From Oopsacas minuta (Eukaryota > Animalia > Porifera): a stretch of DNA of 64,000 nt. Positions 12,296 through 26,251 of the stretch are shown here, in pieces. Under the pieces are notes generated by a model. It was given only the letters and a program-made list of their open reading frames with translations, was not told the origin of the DNA and did not search any database. The translations under genes were made by a program, and so were the position numbers. The number at the start of each line of letters is the position of its first letter. Within the stretch, counting starts at the first letter, position 1. The stretch lies in NCBI GenBank assembly GCA_024704765.1, contig JAKMXF010000044.1, forward strand, positions 124,001 through 188,000, read 5' to 3'.

Positions 12296-13621
12296 CGAGG
12301 GTCGTCCAAAAAGTTTTTAGAATGAATGCTGTAACCTCATTTCTTGCACGCCACACGTCTTATATCTATAGTACACTATTTATAACAACTTTAGTTTAAA
12401 TATCTAAGCTTTTCTCTTTTATTACTTATTTTGACAGCTACTTATATAGTCAGCATTTGGCTCTAATTTTAAATTCGTACCTAATTATTTCTCATAGATT
12501 TACATTTGGAAAGGAGGGACTTTCGCGCAATGACTTTTTATGACTTTATGAGAAAACTCAGTCCTAAAGAATCACATATTCAACTTCAGGACACATTTGG
12601 AGAGTAATCACCATCTTTGGCTACAGTGTACAACTGGTACGGTGAATTTAACTGTGGACGAAAGACTCTAAGTGATGAGATGGGATCAGGACGTCCTGCA
12701 GATGCGGTTAACCCAGAAATATCCAGAAAGTTAAGGGAATAATCAAAAATGAGCATCGAATCATAATAGACGAAATGATGAGTCATTTAGACATCAGCAG
12801 AGGAAGCCTCCATACCATACTTCATGAGCATCTCTTGGTGAGGAAAGTGGCTGCACGTTAGATTCCACCAAAACCTTTGAAGAACAAATGACAACTCGAG
12901 TGGATTGGTGCAAATTTATGATCAGAAAATTCGATCATAGTCGTTCAAAGCTATTGAATACATTAATTACCGGAGATGCGACTTGGATTTACCTATATGG
13001 CCCAGAGACGATGCAACAGTCCTCAGTTTGGCTTTTTCCAGATGATAATGCCCCCTCAAAAATTGAATAGTGCACAAAGTGGCAACAAGCAAATGGTCGC
13101 CAGTTTCATCTCTAAAAGGGACATGTTGTTACTATTCCCCTTGTAGAGCAAAATACCGTAACTGCGAGTTGGTATGTCAACATTTGCATGCCTCAGGTGA
13201 TAGAAAAGTGGAGCATTTTACATCCTAAAGCCTACCTCACCTCACTTCAATGGAACCATCACAATGCAAGTGCACACAAGGCAGCTTTGACAATGGATTT
13301 CTTTGCAGAAAATGGTATAAAATTGATACCCCATCCAGCATATTCCCCAGATTTGGCGCCATGCGACTTCTTTCTTTTCCCTAAACTAAAATGAAGATCA
13401 AAGGGGTTCATTTCAATAGTACAGAAGAGGCAAGACTGGCTTATAGTGAGGCCCTCCAAGACCTAACCAAAGAAGACTGGGAAAATTGTTTTGAAAGTTG
13501 GTTTAGAAGGATGGATTTATGCATACAATCATCTGGTATATACTTCGAGAAACTATAAAAAAATAATCCATTTCCTATTATTCCTTAATATAGATTCTAA
13601 AAACTTTTTGGACTACCCTCG
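12296..13621 (+). mobile_element. mariner (DD34D family) element, full length 1,326 bp, transposase pseudogenised
   Basis: TA|CGAGGGTCGTCCAAAAAGTTT ... AAACTTTTTGGACTACCCTCG|TA. Fragments LERRDFRAM, ITGDATWIYLYGPE, HHNASAH and HPAYSPDLAPCDFFLFPKLK; many stops. Confidence 0.95.
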
Positions 13622-13779
13622 TATAATTTTTGATAAACTTAATCACTATGGGTCAGTAATAATTTCATCTCCGAACACATCCCTGGTGATAATTTAATAA
13701 GTTATAAGATTGTTTTGCGTCTCTGAGACTATTTTTCTATCAATACCAACCAATGAATAACTAGAATGCAATATAGGGT

Positions 13780-15868
13780 GGGGGTGCTGCATTAGCTCGA
13801 ATTGTTATGTTATCGATAGCTCGAATTTAGTATGTTGTCGATAGTTCGACTCAGTCTTTAGTATGTCATCGATACCTTCCCCATGTGTCATGCATAATTT
13901 TTTATTCTTCTACTGTTTGTTTATTGAATAAGTATATTGTATTAGTGAGTATGGAAATATTTAATTATTATGATATCAAAAGATTATGTTAGTGAATGGA
14001 AAGTGGATAAATAAGTGTATAACTACTAAGTATAAAAATATGGAATCGACTGATAATTGGAGCACGGCACACCTGACACGTCTGATTTAATTCCTCTATT
14101 CTCTCGCTGCATGTTGCACTACAATTAGCGTGCTTACAAGGTAGGAATAGCCAAGTTATTGTTCGCGGTATCAGACATATAACACAAATATTCTCTACTT
14201 CTGGATTTTCGCTTTCACTGTTTGAAGTGTCTGACTCATCAGTATCAGAGAATTCAATTTCAGTAGAGGTACCACCAATAGTGTTGCTCATTGCATTTAC
14301 ATACTGCCAAGGAGTCAACTCGCCAATTCTGAACTTTTCCTTAATAACCTCGTGTCGTTGATCCTTTAGAACATGCTTTGATTTCCTCGACCTAGAAATG
14401 CTATGGCCTAGTCTCAATCTCCCCATTTCATTATCTATATCTTCTATCATATTCTTAAGAATTTTCAGAAACTTCCATACTCTTGGATGAGGAGTTTTAA
14501 TGATGGATTTTAGCCTTGCGTGATAGCTTTCCGCAGCATTATTGGCAGTAATTTCAGCTTCATAGATAGAAAGCTCCTCTGGATTTATTTGAGTGATCCA
14601 CTTTTTCTTGAAGTATTTACGAAGTTGCTCCAATTTGCCTGATTCTAGATTTGTTAAATGCGGTACTTGGAGGAATGTATAGGTTTGACGAATTAAATTT
14701 ATTGGGAGAAATGGTATTACCATGAGATTTCTTATGAAATTGTCAGTTTCAGGATTACCATGAGAACTCTGATCTAGCCCGAGCTTCTGAGTTTTGGCTC
14801 AGATAGGTTGGGTAAGTGGAACCAGCATCCCTGATTTTTAATGGTGGGGTAAATTTCTTTAAAACACTTTCGCGGTGCTGGTTCCCAGTCAGAAATAGGG
14901 ATTTTCCGTTTGAAATCTGGAATGAGAGAATGGATCTTGGCTATTATTACAGTATAGAGTTTGTGATCTTTTGACGTCATTAACAATGTATGCCTGGGAG
15001 TGCATGTCGATCAATTACCACAAATACTGTCCATAATCGGGAGAATTGGGTTGGCACTGTATAAAATGTCCCATCTGACTGAATTTTGGAAATTTTTGAT
15101 ATGTAATTTTTCATGTGTTGAGAATAAAAGACAACAGCAGTATGGTTATTAGTCTTGACAGTTAATTTGTGGTGAGTCGCAAAAGTAAATTCGGGTAACA
15201 TAACTGAGAATTCTATAGCTGTATGGGGATCTTAGGTTGCAATCTTCTCCTAGAACGGTGCATAAAAGACTCACTCATCTTGAAAGAAATTTCACTTGCA
15301 AACAGACTCGTTCTTATTTCGTTATCGAAAATCTTCCTTAAATTGTCTTGAAGTTTAAGCCTTTTCTTGCTATGGTGTTCAATTCATAAACTCCTGATTT
15401 GTACTCATCATTACCATGGTTATGAATTGAACTGGGATATATCAAATTATTTTCTAACTTTAATTTAGCTGTCCCTTTACACCCGTTTTTGGTAAAACAC
15501 ATCTGAGGTATGTTGTACTTTCTTTTACTTTATATTCAGAATACTTAGACCTATCGGTTGTCGTAAGAATTTTCCATTACTACGCCTATAGCTGTCTGAT
15601 GTGTATTCCATTTTCGAAGATCTAAATAATACAATAATATCAAGAGACCAAAAAGCTTCTTATACCAGTGAAGCAAGCTGTTTGTAATTGCTATGATATG
15701 TGATTTTTCAAAACAAATCTATTCAGCAATTATTTATCATTGACAACAGCTATACAACTGAATGAGTCGAACTATCGACAACATAATCAAAAACTGAATC
15801 GAGCTATCGACAACATACTAAATTCGAGCTATCAACAGCATGACAGTCCGAGCTAATGCATGCGCCCC
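13780..15868 (-). mobile_element. MULE (Mutator) element, 2,089 bp, with ~100-bp subrepeat-containing TIRs and an 8-bp TSD
   Basis: TSD TATAGGGT at 13772-13779 and 15869-15876. The TIRs end GGGG..TGCATTAGCTCG and are built of GAGCTATCGACAACATACTAAATTC units. Confidence 0.92.
13989..15580 (-). pseudogene. FLYWCH-like + MULE transposase + C-terminal C3HC4 RING finger, frameshifted
   Basis: CFTKNGCKGTAKL..HNH; SDGTFYTVPTQF; ISDWEPA..GCWFH (MULE CxxH); ANNAAESYHARLK; acidic linker; RING CVIC..PCKHANCSATC..CQVC (14067-14186). Confidence 0.88.
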
Positions 15869-15889
15869 TATAGGGTAGATATAGATTTG

Positions 15890-15960
15890 ACTTGTTTAAC
15901 CAATCCAGGGTCCAAGAATTTTAATCAGTGCCAGTGCCTTAGTGTATTAGAATGCTATGG
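15890..15960 (+). repeat. Family A repeat fragment
   Basis: GACTTGTTTAACCAATCCAGGGTCCAAGAATTTT..GCCTTAGTGTATTAGAATGCTATG is the reverse complement of ~10940-11010. Confidence 0.7.
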
Positions 15961-16209
15961 CGTAGTATTGGTAGGTATCATTTTTGTCTTTTACGGTGTT
16001 AACAATTGATAATCTGTTTGACTATAGTATACTATAATAGCGATTTTTTCAAATACTGGAATAGTATATGCCCTAAAATGGTGTATATTAGCTCTCAAAA
16101 ATAATGTTATCAGTATTAAGCATAATTTCTTGGTTTTTCTGGGTATTTTGTCGTTTTGTTAGTGCAATCAAATGGAAAATATACTCAGAAGGCAACTGTA
16201 ATTACAATT

Positions 16210-16400
16210 TTTAAATCATCATACCCTCCAAACAATTTAAGTTGTATCGGTGTACGGATCTCCTAATTGCCAGTCCACATTGGCCAATATTCTTGTACAC
16301 TCCCAAAATGTTCCCTGGCAAGCTGCGTTCGCTCGTCTAGAGAATCATCGTCAATGATATTTTCAATAAACAAATTGAATATGTGCAAGGGGGGATTTCT
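16210..16400 (-). pseudogene. Possible piggyBac transposase N-terminal fragment
   Basis: PPLHIFNLFIENIIDD..W..WTGN*EIRTPIQLKLFGGY loosely resembles the PLxxFxLF..W..TxxEIxxFIGLLxxMG pattern. The match is weak. Confidence 0.3.
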
Positions 16401-18016
16401 TCACCCTAAACTGATTTGTGACTTGACAATTCGTGCTATTTACAATAAATATGGTTCCTCAGTAATGTAAGGAATGTTCTTGAAACAAGTAGAACCTGTG
16501 ATAGCACATTATTAACAGGGTATCCTTGTATGCTGGAATCAGAACTCACAATATATAAATTCAATATAATACATGTTATAATAAGTATTATTTGATTCAT
16601 AATCTGTAAGATTGTCTCACCATATCCCTATACAATTCTACTAAATTCCGATACTCATGTACGCAACCCAATGGGCAAAGTTCCTGTAATGTACAGGGAA
16701 TCCATGTAAAATTGGCAGGTATGAATCAGTGGTAATAATACTGATTGTTCCATAAAAGTGAAAATATATGATTTGTGATTCGTGAACAATTCACTTGTAA
16801 ATTCTACAAGAGTAACTTTACTAATTTATCAGGCTAAAAATATATAATTCATGAGTTTGTACATCATTCTCTAGTCTAATACAATCCTTCTATTTCTATC
16901 TAGCTGAATAGACATCTTATGTTAGAACCGTATTCGCTCAAATTGAGCCGCAGTTTTCTAGTAATTGCGTTCCAGAGGCGACCTTATTTTGAACCAATAA
17001 AATATGATTGGTCCCAAATTGTGTTTAACAATAAGAACCCTCTCAGGTAAATTTATGGCAGAACAACAGAAGTTGATATAATGCATGCTGTCGTCCACCG
17101 TTAATTCTAACGAAATTTTTCTCCCTTGAAGTCTAGTATTAATCAATGCACATATCCCGTGCAATTTGCATTTTGCCTGAAATATACGATTCTATATATT
17201 CCCGTTCGGTAATTCGAACTTGTACAGATTTTTAAAGATGATGCTATTCTTTGAAAATGAATACAGAATTCCATATGATCCATCCGAGACAATTCTAGCA
17301 TCAATGTAACTTTCATTATATGTATATTTCATCTACGTTTCAGTTACAAGGTACAGTCTTTATAGGATACAAAGTACCTGCAAATATACAATATATCATA
17401 GTATTTATCTTAACAAGGTTATTCAAGCAATTCATATACAATTCCCATTATATCATTTCCAGTGGATGCCCCTTAATCCGGACAGCTCAGAGTCAATGTT
17501 TTATCCCGATTAACCGATTATGATTTATTTGAGTATCCAAAACTAGTTCTTCATGGTTTCATTACCAGAAATCTCTTATTCACTACTACTTTATCCTGAT
17601 TTATTTAGGGTCCAGTGGAAATATTCGTTCTAGTAAGGGTATGTCCCGCTTCAAGAGGTCATAAAAACGCGTTACGATGTATCTAAGTAGAAAATAAGTA
17701 ATTAAAGTTTAAGCAATACTGCACGTGCTTATTACTGCAACCTCAATTATCCATACTCCATAGGACCATGTAAAACGTTTTGATAAGCCTCAGCCTGGAT
17801 TATTGATGTAATTTATACATGGTGAATAAGGCAATGGGGCTTGAGGCGAGTGAGCAAAGTTGAAAATAATGACATTTTCATTTTCGGCTAATCGGGACAA
17901 GAAATCCCGATTAACCAATGCGATATCCCAATTATCCGACGATTTTGTATGTAAAATATCTGTTCCTAAAACATTGTCCACTTTAAGCGAATACCCGATT
18001 ATGCAAGTCCCGATGC

Positions 18017-18656
18017 ATCTGTATATTTTGAAAGAATCTTTTTTTACAACTTTGATCAAAATTTCTTATTTCGAACTTTGATCGAATGATGAAAAAGGCA
18101 AATTTTGATCAAAGTTCTACTAAAATGTCTTCAGTGGAACTTTGATCGAAACATTTTCGTGCTCCACGACACCACAATCTTCAGGGCGGCACCCCCTGAT
18201 CCCCCATGTAATGCCACAATGCATCAAACTCGACTGATTTCAATCTAGGACCTTCTAGCACTTTATATTTTATTAATTAGAAAGAGTACCATTGGTAGGG
18301 TGTTAGGGTTTATTTCGCTACCTTATGGCTCTGGGAGTGTTTATTTGTGTTCATTATTAGTTACTAAAGGACAAAAGTGTGGAATTTACGCTAATTTTAT
18401 GATTGGATGGAGTTTTGTTGGATTGATTATTGTAATATCTTTGTAAAATGGCGGATCGTTGGATTTTTTGTTTTATTTTCTCCATTTTCTATCAATCTTC
18501 CCATTTTTCGATCAAAATTCTCATTTTGATCAAGATTCTGCAGTTTTTCTATCAGTCTTCGACTGGGGACACTTTTTTACTACTTTAATCACAATTTGCC
18601 TTTCTCTTCATTCGATCAAAGTTCTACATATCAAAATTTGGCCAAAATATACAGAT
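18017..18656. repeat. Foldback inverted repeat with a GC-rich core, flanked by pogo-like CCCGATTA motifs
   Basis: GAACTTTGATCGAATGATGAAAAAGGCAAATTTTGATCAAAGT (18073-18115) pairs with ACTTTAATCACAATTTGCCTTTCTCTTCATTCGATCAAAGTTC (18582-18624). Outer ATCTGTATATTTTG pairs with CAAAATATACAGAT. Confidence 0.8.
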
Positions 18657-18884
18657 TCGTCCCGATTATGCGACTTTACTGTATACCCAATGATCCATGA
18701 TTCTAGTTCTGACTTTCTACATGAAGATTCACAGGTTGCTTTGATTATACCTAAATTTCTAATTAATGTGAATTAGTTTCTTTGAGAAATTAGTGAAATT
18801 TGGTTTAGATTTGTTATAACATGAGGTAGCTGGGGCTGAAACTGATGGTACAATTCAAACCAGAACTATCACGTAGAACTAGAG

Positions 18885-20794
18885 TAGCGGTTGGAAAATT
18901 GCGGCTCGCAGTGTAACCTTTAGCCGCGCGCACAAGCTCAGTTTTTACTCACATTCTCTAGTAATACTTGCTGTAGCTACTAACTCTATTACCTTGTTTG
19001 CCACCAAAATATACTTCTCTAAACACTTTTCTAGACTTTCAAAATTTAATTATTTTATTATAGTTGCTATTCTTGCGTATTAGTATTCACTATTTATATA
19101 TGGCTTTTCATGACAAGGGTAATCAAAATCCAAGAAAACTGCTATTCCAAGATGAACATCTTCATTTCAATGAAAGTTGAACATATACTTATTTTATTAT
19201 TGAAAACAATCCTTAGTTACTTTGTCTGATTTCTAGTGAAACAGTTTCTGTCATGAAGATTATAGTTAAAGCGACAACATGCTCCTAAATATTATATTTT
19301 CAGGGTCAATGTATAAGAGCATAAGACCCCTTGATCAAGGCCCTGACTTCTCAACAGTTGCAGTGTTATTCATCTAGTCAGGAGAATCAAAAACTGACTG
19401 GGGTTAATTACATAGTCAGCGAAATGATGTCAAAAAGGCTAAGACCGCATACATATGGCAAGTTTACCAAAGACTGCTTCAGAGCCTTCACAGATATTGT
19501 TTCTCCAGAGAGTAAAACCCTGTAATCAAACTATATCTTTCAGCTAGAACTATAAGCAGAAGACTTAATGACATTGCTAATGGTGTGACATTTTCTCTTA
19601 GTGAAAAGCAACTAATTTTAAGTATCATTCTGTCGCTGTTGATGAAAGTACAGTTATTATTGATACAGCTCAGCTTGCAGTATTCATTCATGGCGGACGA
19701 AGATTTGAACATCATAGAAGACTTGCTTCCTAAGTAGGATTGAAATGATCTATTACTGGAGTTAATATATTTGAAGGAATTAAGAATGTATTTGACAAGT
19801 TTAACCTGAAATTTGAGCAATGCCTCTCAGAGATTGCTACTGATGGCGCACCTGCTATGACTGGTAGACATAAAGAGTTAATTGCTTTCGTGTTAAACTT
19901 TGTGCTATCCATGTTGACATTGTTTTATGCCACTGCATAATACACTAAGAATAATTAGGTCTGAATAAGGTAATGAAAGTAGTTGTATCCACTGTTAATT
20001 ATATTCGATCTAGAGGACTGAACCATAGTCAAGTTCAAGAGTTATTGATTGAACTAGATTAAGAGTATGGGATCTATAATATTTCAGCCAAGTTTGATGG
20101 TTGAGCAAGGCAGCTACTCTTAAACGTGTTTGGAAATTGAAGGAAGAAATAACTAATTTCATAGAATGAAAGGTACCAAATTTGAACTATTTTTTGATCA
20201 AGATTTTTTTTGAAAGATTTTACGTTTCTCGTTGATATAACACAGGATTTACCAGTCCTCAATAATCAAAATTCTAAATCAAAATGCTTCAGAGATTAAT
20301 GGCAAAAAATAGGCTCAAGATATTTATATCTAACTCAACACATTCGATTGTGTTTCAGATATTCGAAACTCCATTTGACGTTGATGTTGAGACAGTACAA
20401 AGCTCATTTTCAGTTAGAATTGATGTTTCCAATTATCAATTCGAACTGAAATTGAGTAATTTTTCTGAACTTTTATGAACATTCCATCCGAATGTCATCT
20501 TTGTTCAGGAATACTTATGTTTTGTGAAACTATATTTTCGAAAATGAAGTGTGCAAAATCGAAATATATATGTCGTCTTACTGATACGAATCTTGTGAAT
20601 ACGCCACGCATTTCCATTTCCTGTATTCATCAAAAATTAGACATTGTTATTAGTGAGAACATTTCTATATACGTAGCACTTTTGCATTTAATGCTGATTA
20701 CTAAAAATAGCTTATTCTTTTCAAATTTGCGGTCCGCAGAAAATATTAGAATGATGAATGCTACCCTCAACTCCCAAAGGTTTGCCGACCCCTA
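18885..20794 (+). mobile_element. hAT element (GTF2IRD2/EPM2AIP1-like transposase), degraded
   Basis: Ends TAGCGGTTGGAAAATTGCGGCTCGC and AAAGGTTTGCCGACCCCTA. Motifs NYIVSEMMSKRLRPHTYGKFTKDC, DTAQLAVFI, IATDGAPAMTG, HCIIH, WLSKAATLKRVW and CETIFSKMK. Degenerate TSD (AACTAGAG / CACTAGGA). Confidence 0.85.
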
Positions 20795-23195
20795 CACTAG
20801 GAGATACTTTTTGGGGTTTAATTACTTGTACCTTTCCTTGTAAGCAGTTCTTGTTATAGGAAAATATAGGCTCCCAAAAGTTCAACGCAAATCCTTTAGT
20901 AACCCTGTAAAGGCGAAAATTGAAGATCGAGGATATCAATAACTTACAATCGAGTTAGACTTCTACAATATATTGTCCGTGTATTGTTAATCCATCCCGA
21001 GAAACTTCTGATAGCTTAAATTATTCATATGGCTTCACTTTTTCTCTTCATGTCGTCATTACCATAACCTACACTTGAATATCTGGTTATTCCTATATCA
21101 TAGAGCGAGACAAACACACTTTATTATTAGTGTGTAGCAAATCGATCTTAAAGAACCTATTTATTAACATATATTATTCATATAGCTCTAGATTTGTCAT
21201 CTTGACGTCATCGCCAGGAATCACACTTGGATATCTCGTCAGTATAGGTAGGTTAGAATACAATGCTAAACGCTTGCTAGGCCGCTATTATAATTATATT
21301 ATTATTATTATTTAACTTCTATATTTCATGATGTTTTGGTCGCTACGCGATTGGATATACTCAACACTACATGCCTCGAGCTCAATTATTTTTATTTTCC
21401 ATGCTCTATCCAGATTCCGTTTAATGGCTACTCTGAAAATCGTTAAGCCACTGCGTACCTTTTGTCTCGCAATCTGTTTACTTCGTGTATCTTGTATTAT
21501 GAAATTCTCAAAATATTTATATTTGGGCATACCTTATTTTGTAGTGTCATGATAACGTAATAATGCCATGATGATTTAGCCTTTGGCCAGAGTCATGTCG
21601 TCAGGACTTTTGGTGTATTGAGTGATACTTTTTGTTCAATTCCAAAAAAGAGACATTTATTTTTTAATTTTATAATCTTTGTGAAATTTTCACCCAAGAT
21701 TCGAACTTGTCGGAGCCAGGTTGTAGAATCCCTGTATGCCTCATCACCCTTATGGGTCTTCCAGCTTCTTCAATCAATTCTGGACATACAAACATGTATA
21801 TACTTACATTCATACACATAGATTTATCGCGTTATGTGAGTGTAGTTTCAGCTAATGAGAATTTATACTTTGAAAATGAAAGAATCTACCTACGCTTTCT
21901 AATCAGCAATCATCGTTAGTCCAAAAAGAAAGAAAAGTGAAATTCGAATTGTCCCAAAGCAACAATATAAATTTTTCAGAATGCTGTATAAGTATTGTGA
22001 AATTCTTGTTCATAAATGTACCGAAAATTTGCACCCTATGTTACTCATAACCCTGCTTCTACGATCCGAGGTAGCATTTGAGTACAATCCACTATTTACT
22101 CATTTAAACATTTTGCAAACTACTTCGAAGTTGAACTTGATATTCAAGTGTGATTTCGAGCTATGACGTTATGATGACAATATGTGTGGCTGTATGGATT
22201 ATATACGTTCTTATACCCCAGTATAGTCTTTAAAATTATGATTCTACCTACATTTATGTAATACAATTACTTCTACCAAGTCCTGAATACGATGGGCTGA
22301 TTGTAAGCAGGCGACAATACTATTTTCTCCTTGACATCTATATCAAACTATCTTAGAGAGAAACTTGAAATTTCTTGATTGACTTTGTTGTAATGATTAG
22401 GTTCGTTAGTGTCGATTTACTATACACTGGTAATACATTTGATAAGTATATCTCGTATCTAAATATTGGTTTAACGAGATTTTCGAATGTGATTTATGTC
22501 GATGACGTTATACTGATAACATGTGAAGCTATATGAATGATATAAGTTATTGAATACGTTCCTTCAGTCATTAGCCCCCAATATCTTGTTTTCGCTATCA
22601 TCTCGTGGGATTTATCTCATAATAATTTTTGATAAGGTACGCATGAATGAATTTCGAAATACCTGAGAGCAGTCCAGTCCATTGGTAGTAGCTTTCGTGT
22701 TATCACCCCCAAAGGCCGACTGTCCGAACAGTTGAGACTTTTGGACAAATCAGTTTAGTAGTACCAAAATGCTGCTAAGTTTCAATACTGATTTTCCAAA
22801 CATCATGCGTTCACCATGCTCACAGCAGAATACTTCACAGTTAAATTATAATTGTGTGCATACTACATACTGACTTCCGGAAAATTGCCACCCTTTCCTC
22901 GCTTGGTAATTTATAGAGTTATTCCAACACCCCGCGTTAATTAGAATCCATATTTTAATCGGAGCCATGAGTGGGTAAAACCTGACAGATTTAATAGTGG
23001 CGAAGCTGTCCTCATATGCCCCTATCGAGCTATCCTCGCTCCAGCATTTTCTGTATACTTTATTTGCAAGAAACTTATACTAAGGAGATCGACAAGTAGA
23101 TGTGTGTTCTTATTATACCTACAATTTTTTCCAGTTCCTGTGGAGTTCTTTGAACAAAATTTACTGATGTGTTATATGGTTTTGTTTGTTTTTAG

Positions 23196-23975
23196 GTTTA
23201 TCGTTTTGACGAATTACCTGATGGAAAATGTTTGTCTTCATTGGAATTTCTTTCTGCTAACACTATTGAAATTTTTGATCTTCAACTCGAAAAACATTTT
23301 TCAACAATGATTAAAGCATTTCATATTTCTAGAGTTTTCAAGAGCTTCTCCGACACTTTGACTCTTGTGGATCAGCCAACTGTTGCTGCTCCTTCTACAA
23401 CTATTATTGAGAGTGTTAACGATGTTTCTACTCACGCTGAAATTAACACCTGTGAGAATATTTTAATTTCGTCTGTTTCTACCGCTGCTCCTATATCTGG
23501 TCCATACTCTTCTGTATCAGTTGATTCAAACTTGCATTACGCCTCTTTAAGTGTTGAATCTAATGAATCTGTTGCAAATCCTCATGTTAAAACTCCTCAG
23601 AGTGAATCTTCAATACCAATGTTGTGCTCTTTCGAGGGTAATTTACCTGAGCACAATTCTGCATTTCAAGATTCTTCACATTTAAATATTTCCCAAAGCA
23701 ATTGTTTTACATCCCCTACTCTTGGTGATGAATGTAGAACTTCTCACATCTCTAACAACGAACCAATTGATACAGCCCTATTTTCCTCCCCCAATTTGAT
23801 CATCCCCTCTCCTGACAGGATTCTTGGGAATCAAATTCAAATTCTTATGCAAAATTGGATGGAAATTTCTGTCTGTAATGTTTCAGAACTTTTATATTCG
23901 ATATACAAAGGTTATTTGTTACAGAATGTTGAAAATTGCTCATCTCAAGTTGAGACTCCTTCTGACGTGAGTTGA
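23196..23975 (+). CDS. Ser/Asn/Pro-rich ORF (~260 codons) of unknown function, possibly an exon
   Basis: 247-aa ORF in the track. The frame is open back to a TTTTGTTTGTTTTTAG acceptor-like site (VYRFDELPDGKCL..). Low-complexity, disordered-looking; no recognised domain. Confidence 0.4.
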   Translation, partial: VYRFDELPDGKCLSSLEFLSANTIEIFDLQLEKHFSTMIKAFHISRVFKSFSDTLTLVDQPTVAAPSTTIIESVNDVSTHAEINTCENILISSVSTAAPISGPYSSVSVDSNLHYASLSVESNESVANPHVKTPQSESSIPMLCSFEGNLPEHNSAFQDSSHLNISQSNCFTSPTLGDECRTSHISNNEPIDTALFSSPNLIIPSPDRILGNQIQILMQNWMEISVCNVSELLYSIYKGYLLQNVENCSSQVETPSDVS

Positions 23976-25297
23976 TTCTTTTATCTCTCTTTTCCTCGCA
24001 CTATATCAATTTTCGTACTTCTTTACTTACGGAAGTTGAGCAGAGACTTTCTTGTTAATCCATGTATATTTGTGGATTTCTATATTACAGAAATGCATTC
24101 TTGTCCTAGTGGATGTTTGAATAATTTTGGAGCATTACATTTTCTGAATTTGGTATTTTCCAATTATTGCCTGCAATTTATAGGAATATTTTAAGTTTTG
24201 GGGAATTTCAAATAAACATACTCTAAAGGTTGATACAAGGTTTGGATTCTTATTCTTCTTCTCTAGATTTCTAATGATAAGATATATTTCAAAATTTGGT
24301 TTGATGATGAATAATGTATCCATAATCATTGCGTACTTACCATCGTGCAAGTATTAGACGAGTAGAATTCAAGTATTGTTTCTCTTGGGAATACAATTTT
24401 GTAGTTCCTAACCAATTGTAACCATTATTCGAGTACGAATAATGCGAATCCTTAATTTGGATTGAATGAGAGAAATTTCAGTTGTTAGAGACAACTACGT
24501 CTCTTCCGGGAGTACGTCTTGAACTGATTGAGTGCTAACTGAGTTCCGCTTATACACAATTCTTTCCAACAAATGTGAATATTTTTTGTTAGCTTATTTT
24601 CACTTTCCCGCTTTCCAATTTGGGCAATGAACAACTAATATTTTGAATATTTTTTTCTAAATTTTCTAAATTGTCCAAATCAGTCTGTCCAATTTATTGT
24701 CTATACCCAACTTCCCATACACTCATATTCATTTTGATATCAGAACTCTTACTGATAGTTCCTAATCGTAAATTTGACCATATTTTGATAATAACACTTG
24801 TCTTTAGATGTTTATCATGTACCGCAAGTTGAATTTGAATATATTTCGGTAGCACTAATTTGCTCTTAAATTTTTTCTACTATACTGTTCTACTAGAATA
24901 TTCACATTAGTTTACCATTTATATAGTGGCGTACCAAGAGCATTGCTATCCCTGGCACGTTTAATTTTGACACCTTTATTCATAACCAATTTTCTTGATT
25001 AGATATTGTGTAAATTTGACCTCTTTTATTGTAACTTATTCATCTATATGTCTTTTTTCAAGCAAGGTATTTGTCATATATGATGTGCTATTTTGAATTC
25101 AAATTTTCAAATTCGAGCAATGGTATCGTTTTTATCCAGAAGGCAAGTAGAATTCGAATTTGCAACCGAATCGTTCAATAATCAGTTTTACCAAATATAT
25201 ATGCTATTCATACAATATCGTTTGCTCGCGGTTCGCGGCTTGAGAATATTGTTCGAGTAAAGCCCGGCCCAGTGTGCCTGGTAATTCTATTTTTTGC

Positions 25298-25342
25298 AAC
25301 AATACCCAATACATTTTCCCAAACAATACCCAATACATTTTT
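25298..25342. repeat. 24-bp tandem duplication
   Basis: AACAATACCCAATACATTTT occurs twice, 24 bp apart. Confidence 0.85.
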
Positions 25343-26251
25343 GACAATGCCATATTTATTGAACAATTCGTACTTGAGTACTCTTTTATACTTTGAATCA
25401 AGTTTCTCGCATCATTTAGAAATTTGTTAACTTTATTCACTAAACAACGATAAATTTTATACCGAAATATTTTTCGGTATCAGAATACTCATTTACCTTA
25501 TATTTCTACTTTACCTAATTACTTGCTGGAACAGAATGAAATATCATGCAGTGAATTCATACGTGGATATTATCTTCATATTGCTCCCCAATATCAGTAT
25601 TCGATTGACTAAATATCTAGAAAACTGGGCTAGAAATGGTGTGTTGAGGCATTTTTGTATCATAGAGAATATTTGTTTTAAGGGTAATTCTAACCTCCTG
25701 AGTACGAAAATCGCTGTTCCCAAGCTGATATATCACGTATTGACCTTAGAAGATTCTTATTACCAACTGCCAACTGTCGACGAATTTGTAATAAATCTCC
25801 ATGCGTTGACCTTTTCAAATCTCCTCAAATATCAAATTCACTAACTACGTATTCTGATAAATCAGTTTCTATAATTCTATGAGATGCTCACTAATAAGTT
25901 TAATTTTCAAATCCTATGTCACTCAGTGAATCCTATCACCATATGTATAATTGGTACAAATAGTATATAGTGGCATTATGTGTCTTGAGTTGAAAATATC
26001 CAGATTAACCTTTCGAATCTGAATAGGAAGTCCGTATACTGGGGTTTCTATTACACAGAATCCAAATTATGATCATTCCTGTGAGATCTTCACCAAACTT
26101 CTTAGAGTTTAAACTTTAACTTGGGATATATTTAGATTTGCATCTAATTTGGAAATACTGTTAGGACCTTCAATTAATGTATTCATTCTAGGTTCTAATA
26201 GTATTGTCCTAATTATTATCATGTTTTGATGTATGTCTGCACACTTGCCAC

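Noticed and set aside
14205-14240. Hammerhead ribozyme core (CTGATGAG...GAAA on the minus strand)
   Set aside because: No stem II pairing; it is the coding sequence of the acidic linker in the MULE protein.
22141-22540. Reverse transcriptase call from SSYDV and YVDD
   Set aside because: Motif spacing is atypical, there are in-frame stops and no convincing QxxGxxMG motif. Kept only as part of the unexplained block.
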